DNA of 64,000 nt from Podarcis liolepis (lineage: Eukaryota): assembly GCA_965112155.1 (NCBI GenBank), contig OZ218099.1; one strand, written 5' to 3'. How positions within the stretch are numbered: the first letter of the stretch is position 1; each line of letters begins with the position of its first letter. Shown here piece by piece: positions 1-10,860 of this stretch. The position numbers were made by a program, and so were the translations under genes. The notes beneath the pieces were generated by a model. It had not been told where the DNA came from. It worked only from the letters and a program-made list of their open reading frames with translations, and did no database searches.

Positions 1-153
1 TTAAGAAAAAGGAAACAAACTTGCAAGACGTTTTCGTCTTGCGAAGCAAGCCCATAGAGAAATTCGTCTTGCAAAGCAGCTCAAAAAACGGAAAACCCTT
101 TCGTCTAGCGAGTTTTCCGTCTTGCGAGGCATTCGTCTTGCGGGGCACCACTG
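1..153. mobile_element. Right end of a Tc1/mariner-superfamily (pogo/Tigger-like) MITE, truncated by the window edge
   Basis: Ends in ...GGGGCACCACTG followed by TA (154-155), the reverse complement of a TA|CAGTGG terminus. Internal repeated TTCGTCTTGC subterminal motifs. Confidence 0.75.
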
Positions 154-288
154 TATCTGCTTTGCATGCAGGTCTAATCCCTGACATCTCCACATACGCC
201 TGGACAACACCCATCTGTAACCCTGGGAAATCACTGCCCACCAATGTAGTTGGGACTCAACTAGATGGGCTGTTAGTCTGACTCAGTG
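154..288 (+). mobile_element. Degenerate tRNA-derived SINE (Squam2-like), head interrupted by the MITE
   Basis: TCTGCTTTGCATGCAG...CCCTGACATCTCC...CTAGATGG...GTCTGACTCAGT is collinear with the copy at 7574-7750. Confidence 0.55.
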
Positions 289-2080
289 GTCCCTCGTGGT
301 CCCTTCTAACTCTACACTTCTGTGATTCCATGTCCACATATTCTTCCCTCTTCCTTGCCCAAACCTGTGTGAAGTCCTTGCCCTTCCTCTCCCTCCTGAT
401 TGATTCAACTCCCATGGGGCCAAAACCCAGGGCAAAAGCTGTTGAATGACCAGAGGTGGACTGAGCTCCTCTACTTTGAATAGGTGTGTAGAGACAAGGG
501 AATGTCGGCGTGTTCGGCCTTTCTCATCCCTGCACAAGTTTCCTCTCCTAAGTACTTCCTGTCTATGCAACTATGAAAGGTGCAAGGGCTCCTCCCTGCG
601 TCCCCATCCTCTTGCATCCTGGTCTGGGCACCCTTGGCAGATGCCATATACGGTTGATGAGTCAGTCCGTTCTAAGACAATCTTGGCTGAAAATATATTC
701 CTTGTGATCAGGCGGTGTAATTTCCTGAGACTTACTAAGCGATAAGGATGTCGAATCTGTCCCACGCCTTGTGATGTGTTTGTCCTTTATCCTCATGCAA
801 CCAAATACAATGATGCAGCTGTGTTCCTTTACAAAACATGGTTTTACAAGCCCCGTCAAAGGCAGATGTGAATGGGAGCATGTGATACAAAGCAATGGGA
901 AGCCATCCCTGCCTCAAGGAGTTAACCATCATTAAAAAACAACAACGACATTCTGATTTCAAAGTGAGCTTCTCAGGAAACAGGGAAGGGCTAATTCCCC
1001 ACCCCACCCCTTGATTACTTTTACTTTATCTCCAATTGTTTGCAGGGGAATGTTGGTAGATAAGCATTACTTGGCTTAACTGTGGTCACATCTACCTACA
1101 GTACAAATTTAAAACAACATGAAACTGATTGAGGGCCAGGGCTATGTCTTGGGGACTGTGGTGTTGTGAAGATGCTGAGAATTTTTCTTGGGATCCCTAT
1201 ACAGTAGTGTTTTCACATTCAACTACAGTTCCCAAGTTCTATTGGTTGGGTGCTGTTACGGCCTGGTTCCAATTTCTAGTGCAGCAATAGCCATAATTAT
1301 TGCATCAACCAATCCATATGCATATCTCAGCCTATGTCATGTTCATATTGTGGGAGAAAAATATGAATCTCTGTGACCCACTTTTGTGAGGTAAATGACA
1401 AAAGAACTGGCTGGATTGGCTGGATTCAAAATGTGGGGCTAAACTCACTCTCAAGCAGGGGGAATCACCCAGTTGCAGAGTTTAAACTCACAAGGTAAGT
1501 AATATCGGTTGTTAGATCATTTTATCCCATTAAGTTGTATACAGCGCTTGCCTGTTTTTACTCCTCTTGCAATGAACAGACCACACACTGCTAAGTGCTG
1601 TAAGTTAAAATGCTTTACTTACAGATTAAAAGGTCAGATTCATGCATTTATCCAAGCAGCAGTGAGGAGAACACAGGCAAAATACTCTTGGGGAGAAAAT
1701 ACAGAAAGATAGCTTCAAACACATGCAGTAAGCTTGGAGCAAAGCTGAGACATGTCCTTCCTCATAGGTTACGGAAGATAGGGCTTGCCCTTGGTGAATA
1801 TGTACGGTGTTAGAGGATATGAAAAGAGGAATGACACCAACCCACATCAGCAGTGATCAGGGAGCTTGACTATTCTGGGATGTATGTCAAGTGCCAATAT
1901 TCTGAAACAGATCCTCAGGAGTCAGAAAGTTTCTGCCTTGGGCCAAAGGAAATCCAATACAAGCAAAATGTAAATCTCCAAACCTGTCAACATGGAGACT
2001 CCCCCCCCCCCCAGTTTGTGATCTTCAAACTTTTTGAAAATACAAAAGTCATTTAAAAAACAACAACTAACATAATCCAA

Positions 2081-2332
2081 GCCAGTGTGGTGTAGTGGTT
2101 AAGAGCGGTGGACTCGTAATCTGGGGAACCGGGTTCGTGTCTCTGCTCCTCCACATGCAGCTGCTGGGTGACCTTGGGCCAGTCACACTTCTTTGAAGTC
2201 TCTCAGCCCCACTCACCTCACAGAGTGTTTGTTGTGGGGGAGGAAGGGAAAGGAGAATGTTAGCCGCTTTGAGACTCCTTAAAAAGGGAGTGAAAGGCGG
2301 GATATCAAATCCAAACTCTTCAAACTCTTCTT
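2081..2332 (+). mobile_element. Near full-length tRNA-derived SINE of Squam3 type (MIR/Ther1-related)
   Basis: A box TGGTGTAGTGG, B-box-like GGGTTCG, CORE-like GCTGGGTGACCTTGGGCCAGTCAC, 3' end GCCGCTTTGAGACTCC...AAAGGCGGGATATCAAAT, CTCTTC tail. Confidence 0.85.
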
Positions 2333-2553
2333 AAAGGTCTTTTTTAAATTCTTGAAATGCAAAACATAATACAGTGAAAAACACAAATATATCAGTATTT
2401 GTATACATACAAATATATCTGAAGGCTTTATCCGTGGACACAAAACAAAAAACCCTGGACATTTTGCCAAATTTCAAAATTCCCACCTGGACACAAATTT
2501 TAAGGCTGAGAAAGAAGATGTACCCAGGAAGAACCAGACGTATGGCAACCCTG
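2333..2553. mobile_element. Possible hAT-type DNA transposon end
   Basis: Ends in CGTATGGCAACCCTG, the reverse complement of a CAGGGTTGCCATA-type terminus. No clear matching left end. Confidence 0.35.
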
Positions 2554-2726
2554 GCCTCTCCCTGGATCAGAGCCCTCCTCCAGCTCCCTGAGTTCCTCCC
2601 ACTCTTTCTCCTCACCCAACCAATCCCCTCCATGGGGTTCATGACGCTTTCAGCATATGATACCTCTGCTTAGAGATCTGCACTGCTTGCCCATTTGTTA
2701 CTATGCCAGATTCAAGGTGCTACTTA

Positions 2727-3279
2727 CACATCACTTGGGAAGACAGGTGAACTAATACCATTGTACTGGAAGAAGCAGATATCACCAGTGTTGAAGCAAT
2801 GCTTCTTCAACATCAACTTTGTTGGACTGGTCATGTTGTGAGGATGGCTGATTATCGTCTTCCAAAGCAACTACTCTGTTCCGAACTTAAAAATGGAAAG
2901 CGTAATGCTGGTGGGTCAACAGAAGAGGTTTAAAGACTCTCTCAAGGCAAATCTCAAAAAATGTAGTATAAACACAGACAACTGGGAAACACTGGCCTGT
3001 GACTGCTCCAATTGGAGAACAGCCTTTACCAAAGGTGTCATGGGTTTTGAAGACACTTGAACGCAGGGTGAAAGGGAGAAACGCGCTAAGAGGAAGGCAC
3101 GCTTGGCAAATCCACACTGTGATCAACTCACGCCCAGAAACCAATGTCCCCACTGTGGAAGGATGTGTGGATCCAGAATTAGCCTCCACAGTCACTTACG
3201 GACTCACTTTTAAAACCGTGTTTATGGAAGACGACCTTACTCGGCTATGAGTGATTGCCAAAGAAGAAGAGAAGAAGAA
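2727..3279 (+). mobile_element. 5'-truncated, decayed RTE-clade LINE (ORF C-terminus plus tail)
   Basis: Translates through stops and a frameshift as ITWEDR..TN..VLEEA...WTGHVVRM.DYRLPKQLL.SEL..GKR...KRFKDSLKANLK and a terminal CPHCGRMCGSRISLHSHLRTH C2H2 motif. (GAA)n tail. Flanking direct repeat GCTACTTA at 2719-2726 and 3280-3287. Confidence 0.85.
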
Positions 3280-3399
3280 GCTACTTAACTGCTGGTATGT
3301 AGGTTCTAGAATCATAGGGTTGTGAGGAGACCTCAAGGATCATCAAATCCAACCACCTGCAATGCCACCAGTGTGGGGCTCAAACACAGTAAAGCCCTT

Positions 3400-3780
3400 C
3401 ACAGCTTGAGACCACTTGTGAGATCTCCCTACTCCATAGATGTCCACTTCAACCACATCGATTTGTGGAACTGCCACTGTTACAGGTGCCACATAATACT
3501 CTGCAGTGTAAGAGACATCTATTTTAATGCAGCAGTACCCACACGTTGGAACTCCCTAATAATTTCAGCCAGGCACCTTCGCTGTTCTCTTTTTGGCACC
3601 CGTTTAAAACAGTTTCGTTTTAAGCCTATCCAGACATACAGATCTTGACGTGTTTTATTCTCCTTACTGTTGGTTTTAGTCACCTTCAAATGTTTTCTAA
3701 CTGCCTTTCATGGACAATTCTAATATTTCTTGTAAATTCTGCGAGATTTTATTGCCATCAAGGGTTATATATTTTTCGAT
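3400..3780 (+). mobile_element. Highly decayed L2-like LINE 3' end
   Basis: AAVPTRWNSL-like remnant resembling the L2 ORF2 end, followed by a T-rich 3' region. Boundaries approximate. Confidence 0.4.
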
Positions 3781-5581
3781 AAAAATGAATGGACTAGCAA
3801 GCGATATGGTTGGGCTTTGACAGCCTGCCCTCCAAAACCTTCAGGAGAGCCAAGATTCTCAGCAAAGTTCAAAGGCTCATCCAATATTAAATTGCACACA
3901 AGCTGTGAATTTCAAGAGCAGAGGTGGCGGCAAGTTTTTGAGGCCTCACCAAAAAGAAAAGAAAAAAAGAAAGCAATGTTAGCCATACAAGGCAAGACCG
4001 TCGCTCCCTCTTCTTAAAAGTAGAGGGGGGACGTCCCTTTCACAATGCACACCTAACCCATAGCATAGAAAGTAGAAACCCATAGATTATCTCAGGGGTT
4101 CAGAGAAGCCTGGCCATTCCAGCTTTTAAGACCCCTAGCTATAATAAAAATGACAACACCCAAAAAAAACAGAATTAGGTGCCAAAAATAAAGAGGGATG
4201 TAACTTTTTTGAGGGGATACTTAACAAAGCCTTTCCTATCTGAGAGTGCGTCACATTTGGGTCCAGTGTGCATATAAACAAGCTGCGAAACTTATAAATT
4301 TTTTTAACAAGTGTCTAAATCTGAGGCCTCCTTTGAGCTCGAAGCCCCTGGGCCAAATGGTCACCCTGACACCGCCCCTCTGCCCTGATTGTCCCGGAGG
4401 CCCCAATAAACAGTAAATAACAATAGCCCCTTAGTGTGTAGGACCAATGAGTCGGCCAGAAAAATAGGTTTTCCCAGGGAATCGTCACATGATGGCTGGA
4501 CCGTGAGGGAGGGGGAGCCCTCCGCTTGGCCTTCCCCCTTTGGCACCTCCACCAGGACAGAGCTCCCCAGTGGCAATGGGATCTGACAATTGGCTTTGTG
4601 TAGCCTGTCAGAAGACAGCCTACATGGCAATGACATGCTTTCTCCTCTACTTCAGGACTCCTCTTGCCTACTTGCTGGCTGACCTTTTCTGTAGCCGGCG
4701 CGGATGGAAATCCTAGCAGCAGCGGCAGCTAAAAGCAGGGAGTGCTCTGCAGAAAACTGATTGGCCCATCCATCTGGGTGGATATATTGGGATGATTTGT
4801 GAAAATCCAGACAAGCAAACAAAGGGACAAGGACAGCAGCCCAAATAGGTCATGGGAGGCTCATGGTTGTTGTTGTTGTCGCTGCTGCTGCTGCTGCCAC
4901 CACTCCTTTTTCCATCTCGAAGAGAACACATTTCTGAGACAGGAAAACGCTGCCGCCTGCGTAGCCTGGTCCTTTAAAGTGCCCCCAGTTCAGCCTCACA
5001 CCAGGTGTCTTAAGTTCCCCATCCCCAGCTCGCCATTTGCCTCCGCTCCAGAAATAAATCAAAACGTCTCTTAAAACTCATTTGTGTTCTTTTGCTTCTG
5101 AATGTCTTCAGCACAGTCTCTTTGCCAAGCCCTTTGGGCTGAATCACAGGCAGACATTAGCAGAGGACACTTCATCTTACCAACCTTATGTATCTGTTTT
5201 GTTTCTTGGAGGAGAAAAAAGAAGCAGGAGGACTGTGGCGGCGGGTGGGGAGGGAGGGAGGGAGGGGGGAAGCACTTATGCAGAGGGGGAAAGATAGGGA
5301 GGCGGCTCGGTGCAGAAATGAAAAGGGCCTGAGTCAGAATAATGAATTGGGGACATTATCTCCGCTCTGCCACGCCGCTTGCAACTTTCCCAGACCTGCA
5401 TGGGTGACACTGACCTTTAAAATGTCTGTTGGAAATGCACACTGAGGCAGACTGCAAGCAGAGCCAGAGAGCGTAGGGGTGGGGTTGGGGAAGGCATCAA
5501 ATTCATTTCTTTCCCCATTCTATTGCATTTCCAAATTGAACCAGGACCGTAAAGTTTAGTGCTACTCCAACATGAAAGCTT

Positions 5582-5805
5582 CTTTCCAGTCACACCTTAG
5601 AGACCGACTAAGTTTGTCATTGGTATGAGCTTTCGTGTGCATGCGCACTCTAAGTTTGTCATTGGTATGAGCTTTTGTGTGCATGCACACGAAAGCTCAT
5701 ACCAATGACAAATTTAGTCGGTCTCTAAGGTGCTACTGGAAGGATTTTTTAAATTATTTTTTTACTACGGCAGACCAACACAGCTACCTACCTGTAACTA
5801 GAACA
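5582..5805. mobile_element. Palindromic (fold-back) Penelope-like element relic made only of pseudo-LTR terminal sequence
   Basis: 5582-5690 and 5677-5741 are mutually inverted copies of the pLTR end seen at 6079-6137. Internal ~42-bp tandem duplication (5608-5649 and 5650-5690). TSD ATGAAAGCTT at 5572-5581 and 5806-5815. Confidence 0.8.
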
Positions 5806-5855
5806 ATGAAAGCTTTTGTGTTCTTCCTCCTTCCTTTACCACTTACCCTCTAGAC

Positions 5856-5987
5856 CAGCCTTCTTGAACCAAGTGGATGTTTTGGACTACAACTCCCATA
5901 ATCCCCCTGGCCATTGTCTGTGCTGGCAGGGGGATGATGGAAGTTGGAGGCTAAAACTTCTGGAGGCCACCAGGTTCGGAAAGGTTG
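5856..5987. mobile_element. hAT-type palindromic MITE (GGACTACAACTCCCAT family)
   Basis: Internal inverted arms GGACTACAACTCCCAT / GATGATGGAAGTTGGAG, CAG start. Same family as 10062-10199. Confidence 0.7.
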
Positions 5988-6056
5988 GCATGCCATGTGT
6001 TATGGTAGGATGGGGTAAAGATTAAAGATAATAACGATGATGATATATGGGGCAGT

Positions 6057-6586
6057 CGAAAGAATTAAAAAAAATTGTCCAGTAGCACCTTATAGACTAA
6101 GTTTGTTCTGGGTATAAGCTTTCGTGTGCATGCACACTTCTTCAGATACACTGAAACAGAAGTCACCAGACCCTTATATATAGTGTGTGGTGTTTTTCTC
6201 AGGAGGGTAGTAGGAGATGGGTGATTGACTCGATGGGTATGGTAAACCTGTTGATGACTGCAATTGTTGTTGTTTAGTTGTTCAGAAGACTGCAATTAGT
6301 CCTACAGAAAAAGGCAACAGATAGTATGCAGATGACCAAAAATAGCTTTAGCATGTGTAATGAGACAAAAATCCAGTATCTCTATTCAGACCAGGTCTCT
6401 CCATAGTTTTCATTTTGGTAATAAGTTGTAATTCAGCAACATTGAGTCAATCACCCATCTCCTACTACCCTCCTGAGAAAAACCCCACCCAGAACAAACT
6501 TAGTTGGTCTCTGAGGTGCTACTGGACAGTTTATTTTATTATTATTTCGACTGCAGCGGACCAACATGGCTACCTACCTGAATCTA
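6057..6586 (-). mobile_element. 5'-truncated Penelope-like retroelement: pLTR, GIY-YIG endonuclease C-terminus and an inverted partial pLTR
   Basis: Minus strand ~6440-6348 reads VAELQLITKMKTMERPGLNRDTGFLSHYTC*, matching the E..LI...T...GLN.D.G end of PLE GIY-YIG domains. 6442-6586 is an inverted, internally deleted pLTR copy. 15-bp TSD GATATATGGGGCAGT at 6042-6056 and 6587-6601. Confidence 0.85.
6112..6149 (-). ncRNA. Minimal type-I hammerhead ribozyme motif in the Penelope pLTR
   Basis: Minus strand reads GUAU-CUGAAGA-A-GUGUGCAUGCACAC-GAAA-GC-UU-AUAC. This gives the CUGANGA and GAAA cores, a palindromic stem II, a palindromic AGCU in place of stem III, a UH site and stem I GUAU/AUAC. Confidence 0.75.
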
Positions 6587-6660
6587 GATATATGGGGCAG
6601 TTAGCAGATATCAGCCCAGATGGAGTTGCTTTAAGGCCAGTGCCCATCCTTAGACGCCTA

Positions 6661-6780
6661 AGAGTTGGAAGGGACCCTGAGAATCGTCTAGCCCAACCCC
6701 CTTCATTGCAGGAATATGCAGCTGACCCTTATGGGGATCGAACCTTGAACCTTGGCATTATCGGCACCTTGCTCTAACTA
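6661..6780 (-). mobile_element. tRNA-Ile-headed SINE with CR1-derived 3' tail
   Basis: Reverse complement matches the 60273-60417 copy: GGTGCCGATAATGCCAAGG head, TTCCTGCA...GGTCCCTTCCAACTCT tail. Confidence 0.7.
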
Positions 6781-7061
6781 TCCATCTACTATCCAACCAA
6801 CGTTCTGAGGCGTTTTAGGGCCTTGGATACAACTTCCAGTTGATACACTCACTCCTATCGGTTAACATGGGCTTCAGTTCATCAACAGGGTCTCCTTTAA
6901 CCAGCCTTGCACAAGTTCTGGTTCACTTCAGTAAGGCTTGCACAGTTAGGCTTGTGTGTAGATTGTGCTCTGTGGGTGAGAAGGCACCTGTCATGTAAAT
7001 CTACCACCTGAAAATGTCACCTCAGCCTGTCGCCTAGGAGTGGCTGGATGCACAAGAAAGA

Positions 7062-7190
7062 TGAGGCTTCCTGTACCTCTAAATAGTTTTCTTAGGAGAC
7101 AGAATTTCAGCAGGTGTAGCTTGCAGACTTTGGTTCCTCCTGCTGAAATTCTGTCTCTAACACCATGGCTAAAGGTATAAAAATTCTATC
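7062..7190. repeat. Palindromic DNA-transposon-like relic
   Basis: Perfect 19-bp inverted repeat GAGACAGAATTTCAGCAGG (7096-7114) / CCTGCTGAAATTCTGTCTC (7139-7157), with weaker outer arms. Confidence 0.55.
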
Positions 7191-7573
7191 CTGTTGTTTA
7201 CACGGCCACTCGACTCCTGGGCAACCAGTTGAAGTTGACCTCCACAAAACAGACACATGAAGTCAACCAAAATGAAATTTGCATCAAGCTTGATTGTAGA
7301 CAAATGTCCAGAATTTGCAACATTTGTTCATGTTATTCCTTCAAAATTTCATGTCTTAATTTCTTACAAAGTATTTCTTACTTTTTTCTTAAAGAACTAA
7401 CAAGTAAACTTTGAGTTCAAGCAGCAGCAAGAATCTGTTTTCTCGCCCTCCTTCCTTAACCCAACCTATTTGGGCATCCAGAACTCAAAAACTTGAGCAG
7501 GAGGGAGAAAATGTAATTAGTATGAGAGCAGGAGATGCCATTTATCACTCAAAGTCTTCTGCCAGCCTCAAGG

Positions 7574-7750
7574 GGAGGGGCCATCACTCAGAAGCAGGGC
7601 ACATGCTCTGCATACAGAAAGTTCCAGGTTCAATTCCTGCTGTCTTCAAGTAGAGCTGAGAAAGATTTCTCTTTGGAATCCTGGAGAGCTCAATGGAGAC
7701 AGTAGTGGACCTGGTGGACTAGTGGCAATAACACAGTTCCCTATATTCCT
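7574..7750 (+). mobile_element. tRNA-derived SINE (Squam2-like), degenerate
   Basis: tRNA-like head ...CTCAG...GCTCTGCATACAGAAAGTTCCAGGTTCAATTCC (B box), ending in CCCTATATTCCT. Confidence 0.6.
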
Positions 7751-7793
7751 AGATATTCAAGCCAGTCCATGACCTGAGGCAAATAGCTTCACT

Positions 7794-8140
7794 GTGGCGC
7801 TGTGGGTTAAACCACAGAGCCTAGGACTTGCCGATCAGAAGGTCAGCGGTTCGAATCCCTGCGACGGGGTGTGCTCCTGTTGCTCGGTCCCTGCTCCTGC
7901 CAACCTAGTAGTTTGAAAGCACGTCAAAGTGCAAGTAGATAAATAGGTACCGCTCCAGCGGGAAGGTAAGCGGCGTTTCCGTGCACTGCTCTGGTTCACC
8001 AGAAGCGGCTTAGTCATGCTGGCCACATGACCCGGAAGCTGTATGCCGGCTCCTTCGGCCAATAAAGTGAGATGAGAGCCGCAACCCTAGAGTCAGTCAC
8101 GACTGGACCTAATGGTCAGGGGTCCCTTTACCTTTACCTT
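7794..8140 (+). mobile_element. Sauria SINE (Squam1)
   Basis: GTGGCGCTGTGGGTTAAA A box, GGTTCGAATCC B box, AGTAGATAAATAGGTACC body, BovB-like 3' end GAGTCAGTCACGACTG and (ACCTTT)n tail. Confidence 0.9.
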
Positions 8141-9569
8141 CTAACAGAGAGGCACCCTTAGGCTCTCGGTGACTGTGATTTTTCCCAGAGTTCAGACAAA
8201 GTCTTTTTCTACTCTAGAGGTTGCATCAGTTGCTTTTAATTTCAGCCTGGACTTAAGGAAGCCAAAAGGTAAACATAACCAACAACAGTTCTCCAAGAAG
8301 CTGTGCTCCTCACTAGCACTTCCACTACCTAAAGACTCGGAGAAATCAAGAGAGGAGCTCCCAGCTGTCCTCGTCTCACTAAGGAGGACCACACCACGCT
8401 TAAACAGCCATTGTTTAAATCCCATGAAAATCCCTCTCATTCATTGCATCCTTATCCTGCTCGGCTTTTTCTAAATAAGTGTGAGCTTTACGCCCAGGAG
8501 AGGGCCAAACTCCGTTTGTGGGATTCGATGCCTGCTGTGCATTGTTCCATGCAAGGCACTGCTGATGTGTCTATGCAACGCCGTGTGGTTCAGAGCAAAT
8601 CTACAGAAGTTTCCCATCAATGGCTTCCTTTCCTGATTCAGCTTTTTGTACACCTGCAATTTAGGGCACCACACACCACACTTAACGCAGGACGTTCAGA
8701 AATTTGACTTTAAAAAAACCAAAAAAAAGCACCGAGTGATGCACTTTGTAACGAGGGACAGTTTGCAAGCTTTGCTCCAAGGGACATTGAATTAAAAACA
8801 GTCCTTTGGTACTTCTGGACGGGCTATTTCTATAATCATAGAGCTGCAACAAACTGCCTTTGCCATAGGCTTTTATTTGAGATTCTGATAACAGGCTGTG
8901 GTTTTGAGGAACTAGAGCTCACGCTAGACAAGGCTCGGTCTTGTCGAATTATTGACTTTGTAGTGTATATCATTCCCCATTGTAGCGAGGTAATGGCAGC
9001 TCTCGCTAACACACTAGGAATATGTTAAGGAACTGCACAGTGCAGCGATGGCAAGTTTCTGTTTTATCTTGTTAGACTTACCCGACGTCACGTTGGTATT
9101 CAACCCAGCTAATGCCGTGCCGTTAAAAAAAGAGAGAGAGAGAGAGAGGGAGTCTTACATTAATGACTTTTGTCACAAAAGTCATTAACATAATAGGACT
9201 TCCACATCAAAATTGAATATTAATGCTACACCAGGCTGAGGTAGTAAGAGGGATAATTGCTCTAATACATTTTCCAGTCGGATTTTCGCATCGTGGTAGC
9301 AATTGCATTAGCAAACCCGATTATTAACACATCTGATACAATGGCAGTGGCTAATAGGAGTTAAGTTGGTTCTTTTTCTTCTCCCCACTCAGGGCCACAG
9401 CCCTTGTTCCAAAGCAAAAAATCACAGGCGCTGCCAAAATCTATGCACAAGCGTCAGCAGGAAACGTTTAATCAGGATGGCGAGCACAGAGATAGACCAG
9501 GAGTTTGGGATAAATTTGCGAGAAGGACAAATTACTCCTCCCCACTTTGTTACTAGGGACAAATTGCTC

Positions 9570-9670
9570 CAGCCTCCAACTTTCCATCTGCGAAATGGAG
9601 GTGAGGGCTTCCCTGCTTAGATATTGTGAGGAGGATCATCTTACTGTCACAAACAATGCTGAAAGGGCTG
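9570..9670 (+). mobile_element. Ancient MIR/CORE-SINE fragment
   Basis: CCTCCAACTTTCCATCTGCGAAATGG...ATTGTGAGGA resembles the MIR core. Confidence 0.4.
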
Positions 9671-10061
9671 GTGATGATCACACAGAAATGAAAAATGTAT
9701 GATTTTGTAAAAAAATGCAAATGTTGCAGTCAGGCTGATTGTGCAGGAGTGCAGCCATTGTCACTGCTAACTCTATGAATATTTCCCCTAATATTTTAGG
9801 ACCCCTGTGCAAGAGAGATAAACATGGAAGCCAGCCCCTTTGATGTTCGCATGCAGCATGCTTTGAAGTAAATGCGCTGCTTAAGGAAACAATCCTGCAA
9901 TCAACCGGGCAGGCAACTGAGAGGCTGTGGGATGGCTGCAGACCCTCTCTCCAGGTGAGAGCAAGATCAAGGGCAGAATGGGAGCCCATGGGCAGAAGTC
10001 TCCCTATTGTGGCACCTGAAAGCCCCACTGATGTCACTCTGTAACTGAAGATGCTCCAAGG

Positions 10062-10199
10062 CGGAGTTTCTCAACCTGTGGGTCCCCAGATGTTGTTGGA
10101 CTGCAACTCCCATCATTCCTAGCCAGCATGACCCGTGGTCAGGGATGATGGGAGTTGTAGTCCAACAACATCTGGGGACCCACAAGCTGAGAACCGCTG
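10062..10199. mobile_element. Complete hAT-type palindromic MITE
   Basis: Long near-perfect inverted arms (TGTGGGTCCCCAGATGTTGTTGGACT / AGTCCAACAACATCTGGGGACCCACA). 8-bp TSD CTCCAAGG at 10054-10061 and 10200-10207. Confidence 0.85.
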
Positions 10200-10323
10200 C
10201 TCCAAGGGGGAGCATGTCCAGAAACAGGGTGTGCTCCTGGGGCATGTTGGGGTGGGGTGGAAGAGGGTGTTGGATCTGCCAGACCAGAAGCCGCTGCTCC
10301 CTCATTACCATGAAAAGAGTGCA

Positions 10324-10469
10324 TCGTAGAATTGTAGAGTCGGAAAGGACCCTGAGGATCATCTAGTCCAACCCCCACCCCCGCAATGCAGGGATAGTCA
10401 GCTGTCCCATACGGGGATCAAACCTGCAACCTTGGCATTATCACCACCATGCTCTAAGCAGCTGAACTA
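10324..10469 (-). mobile_element. tRNA-Ile-headed SINE with CR1-derived 3' tail
   Basis: Collinear with the 60273-60417 copy on the opposite strand. Confidence 0.75.
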
Positions 10470-10734
10470 AAAGCAAACTAACTGGGCAACATTTTCCCTA
10501 CTGTTTGTGTCAGTGGCAGAATGTGTGTTCAAAATCTGCCTGCACACCTTCAGTCCTGGCTTGCTCAAGCTAACAGGGTTTAGGCAGTGGCATTTTTACT
10601 GCCACCTTAGTCTGTTAGGGCGTATAGCCTTTCTTCAGGATCGCAGCCAATTTTATAGCACACTCCTAGGCTTGCTTACCCAGAAGTAAGTCCTGCTCTA
10701 ACTGTGCATGGGAACTGTGGCTGCAGCGCATCAA

Positions 10735-10860
10735 GGGCATTTCAAACTTTCTTATCATTTCTCCTCAAAATACCCTTTGAAGTAGGTCTTTATTTTTCCT
10801 AGTTTTACAGATGGGGGAACTGAAGCAGTGGGAGTGTGGCTTGCCTAAAGCCTCCAAGCG
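10735..10860 (-). mobile_element. Ancient MIR/CORE-SINE fragment
   Basis: TTTTACAGATGGGGGAACTGAAGC...GCTTGCCTAAAGCC is the reverse MIR core. Confidence 0.55.

Noticed and set aside
4300-5450. Promoter- or LTR-like stretch with GC box, CCAAT and AP-1 motifs
   Set aside because: There is no paired LTR, TSD, clear exon or strong CpG island. It may be regulatory, but I cannot support a call.
5608-5690. CRISPR-like repeat array
   Set aside because: There are only two adjacent units with no spacers, inside a eukaryotic Penelope relic.
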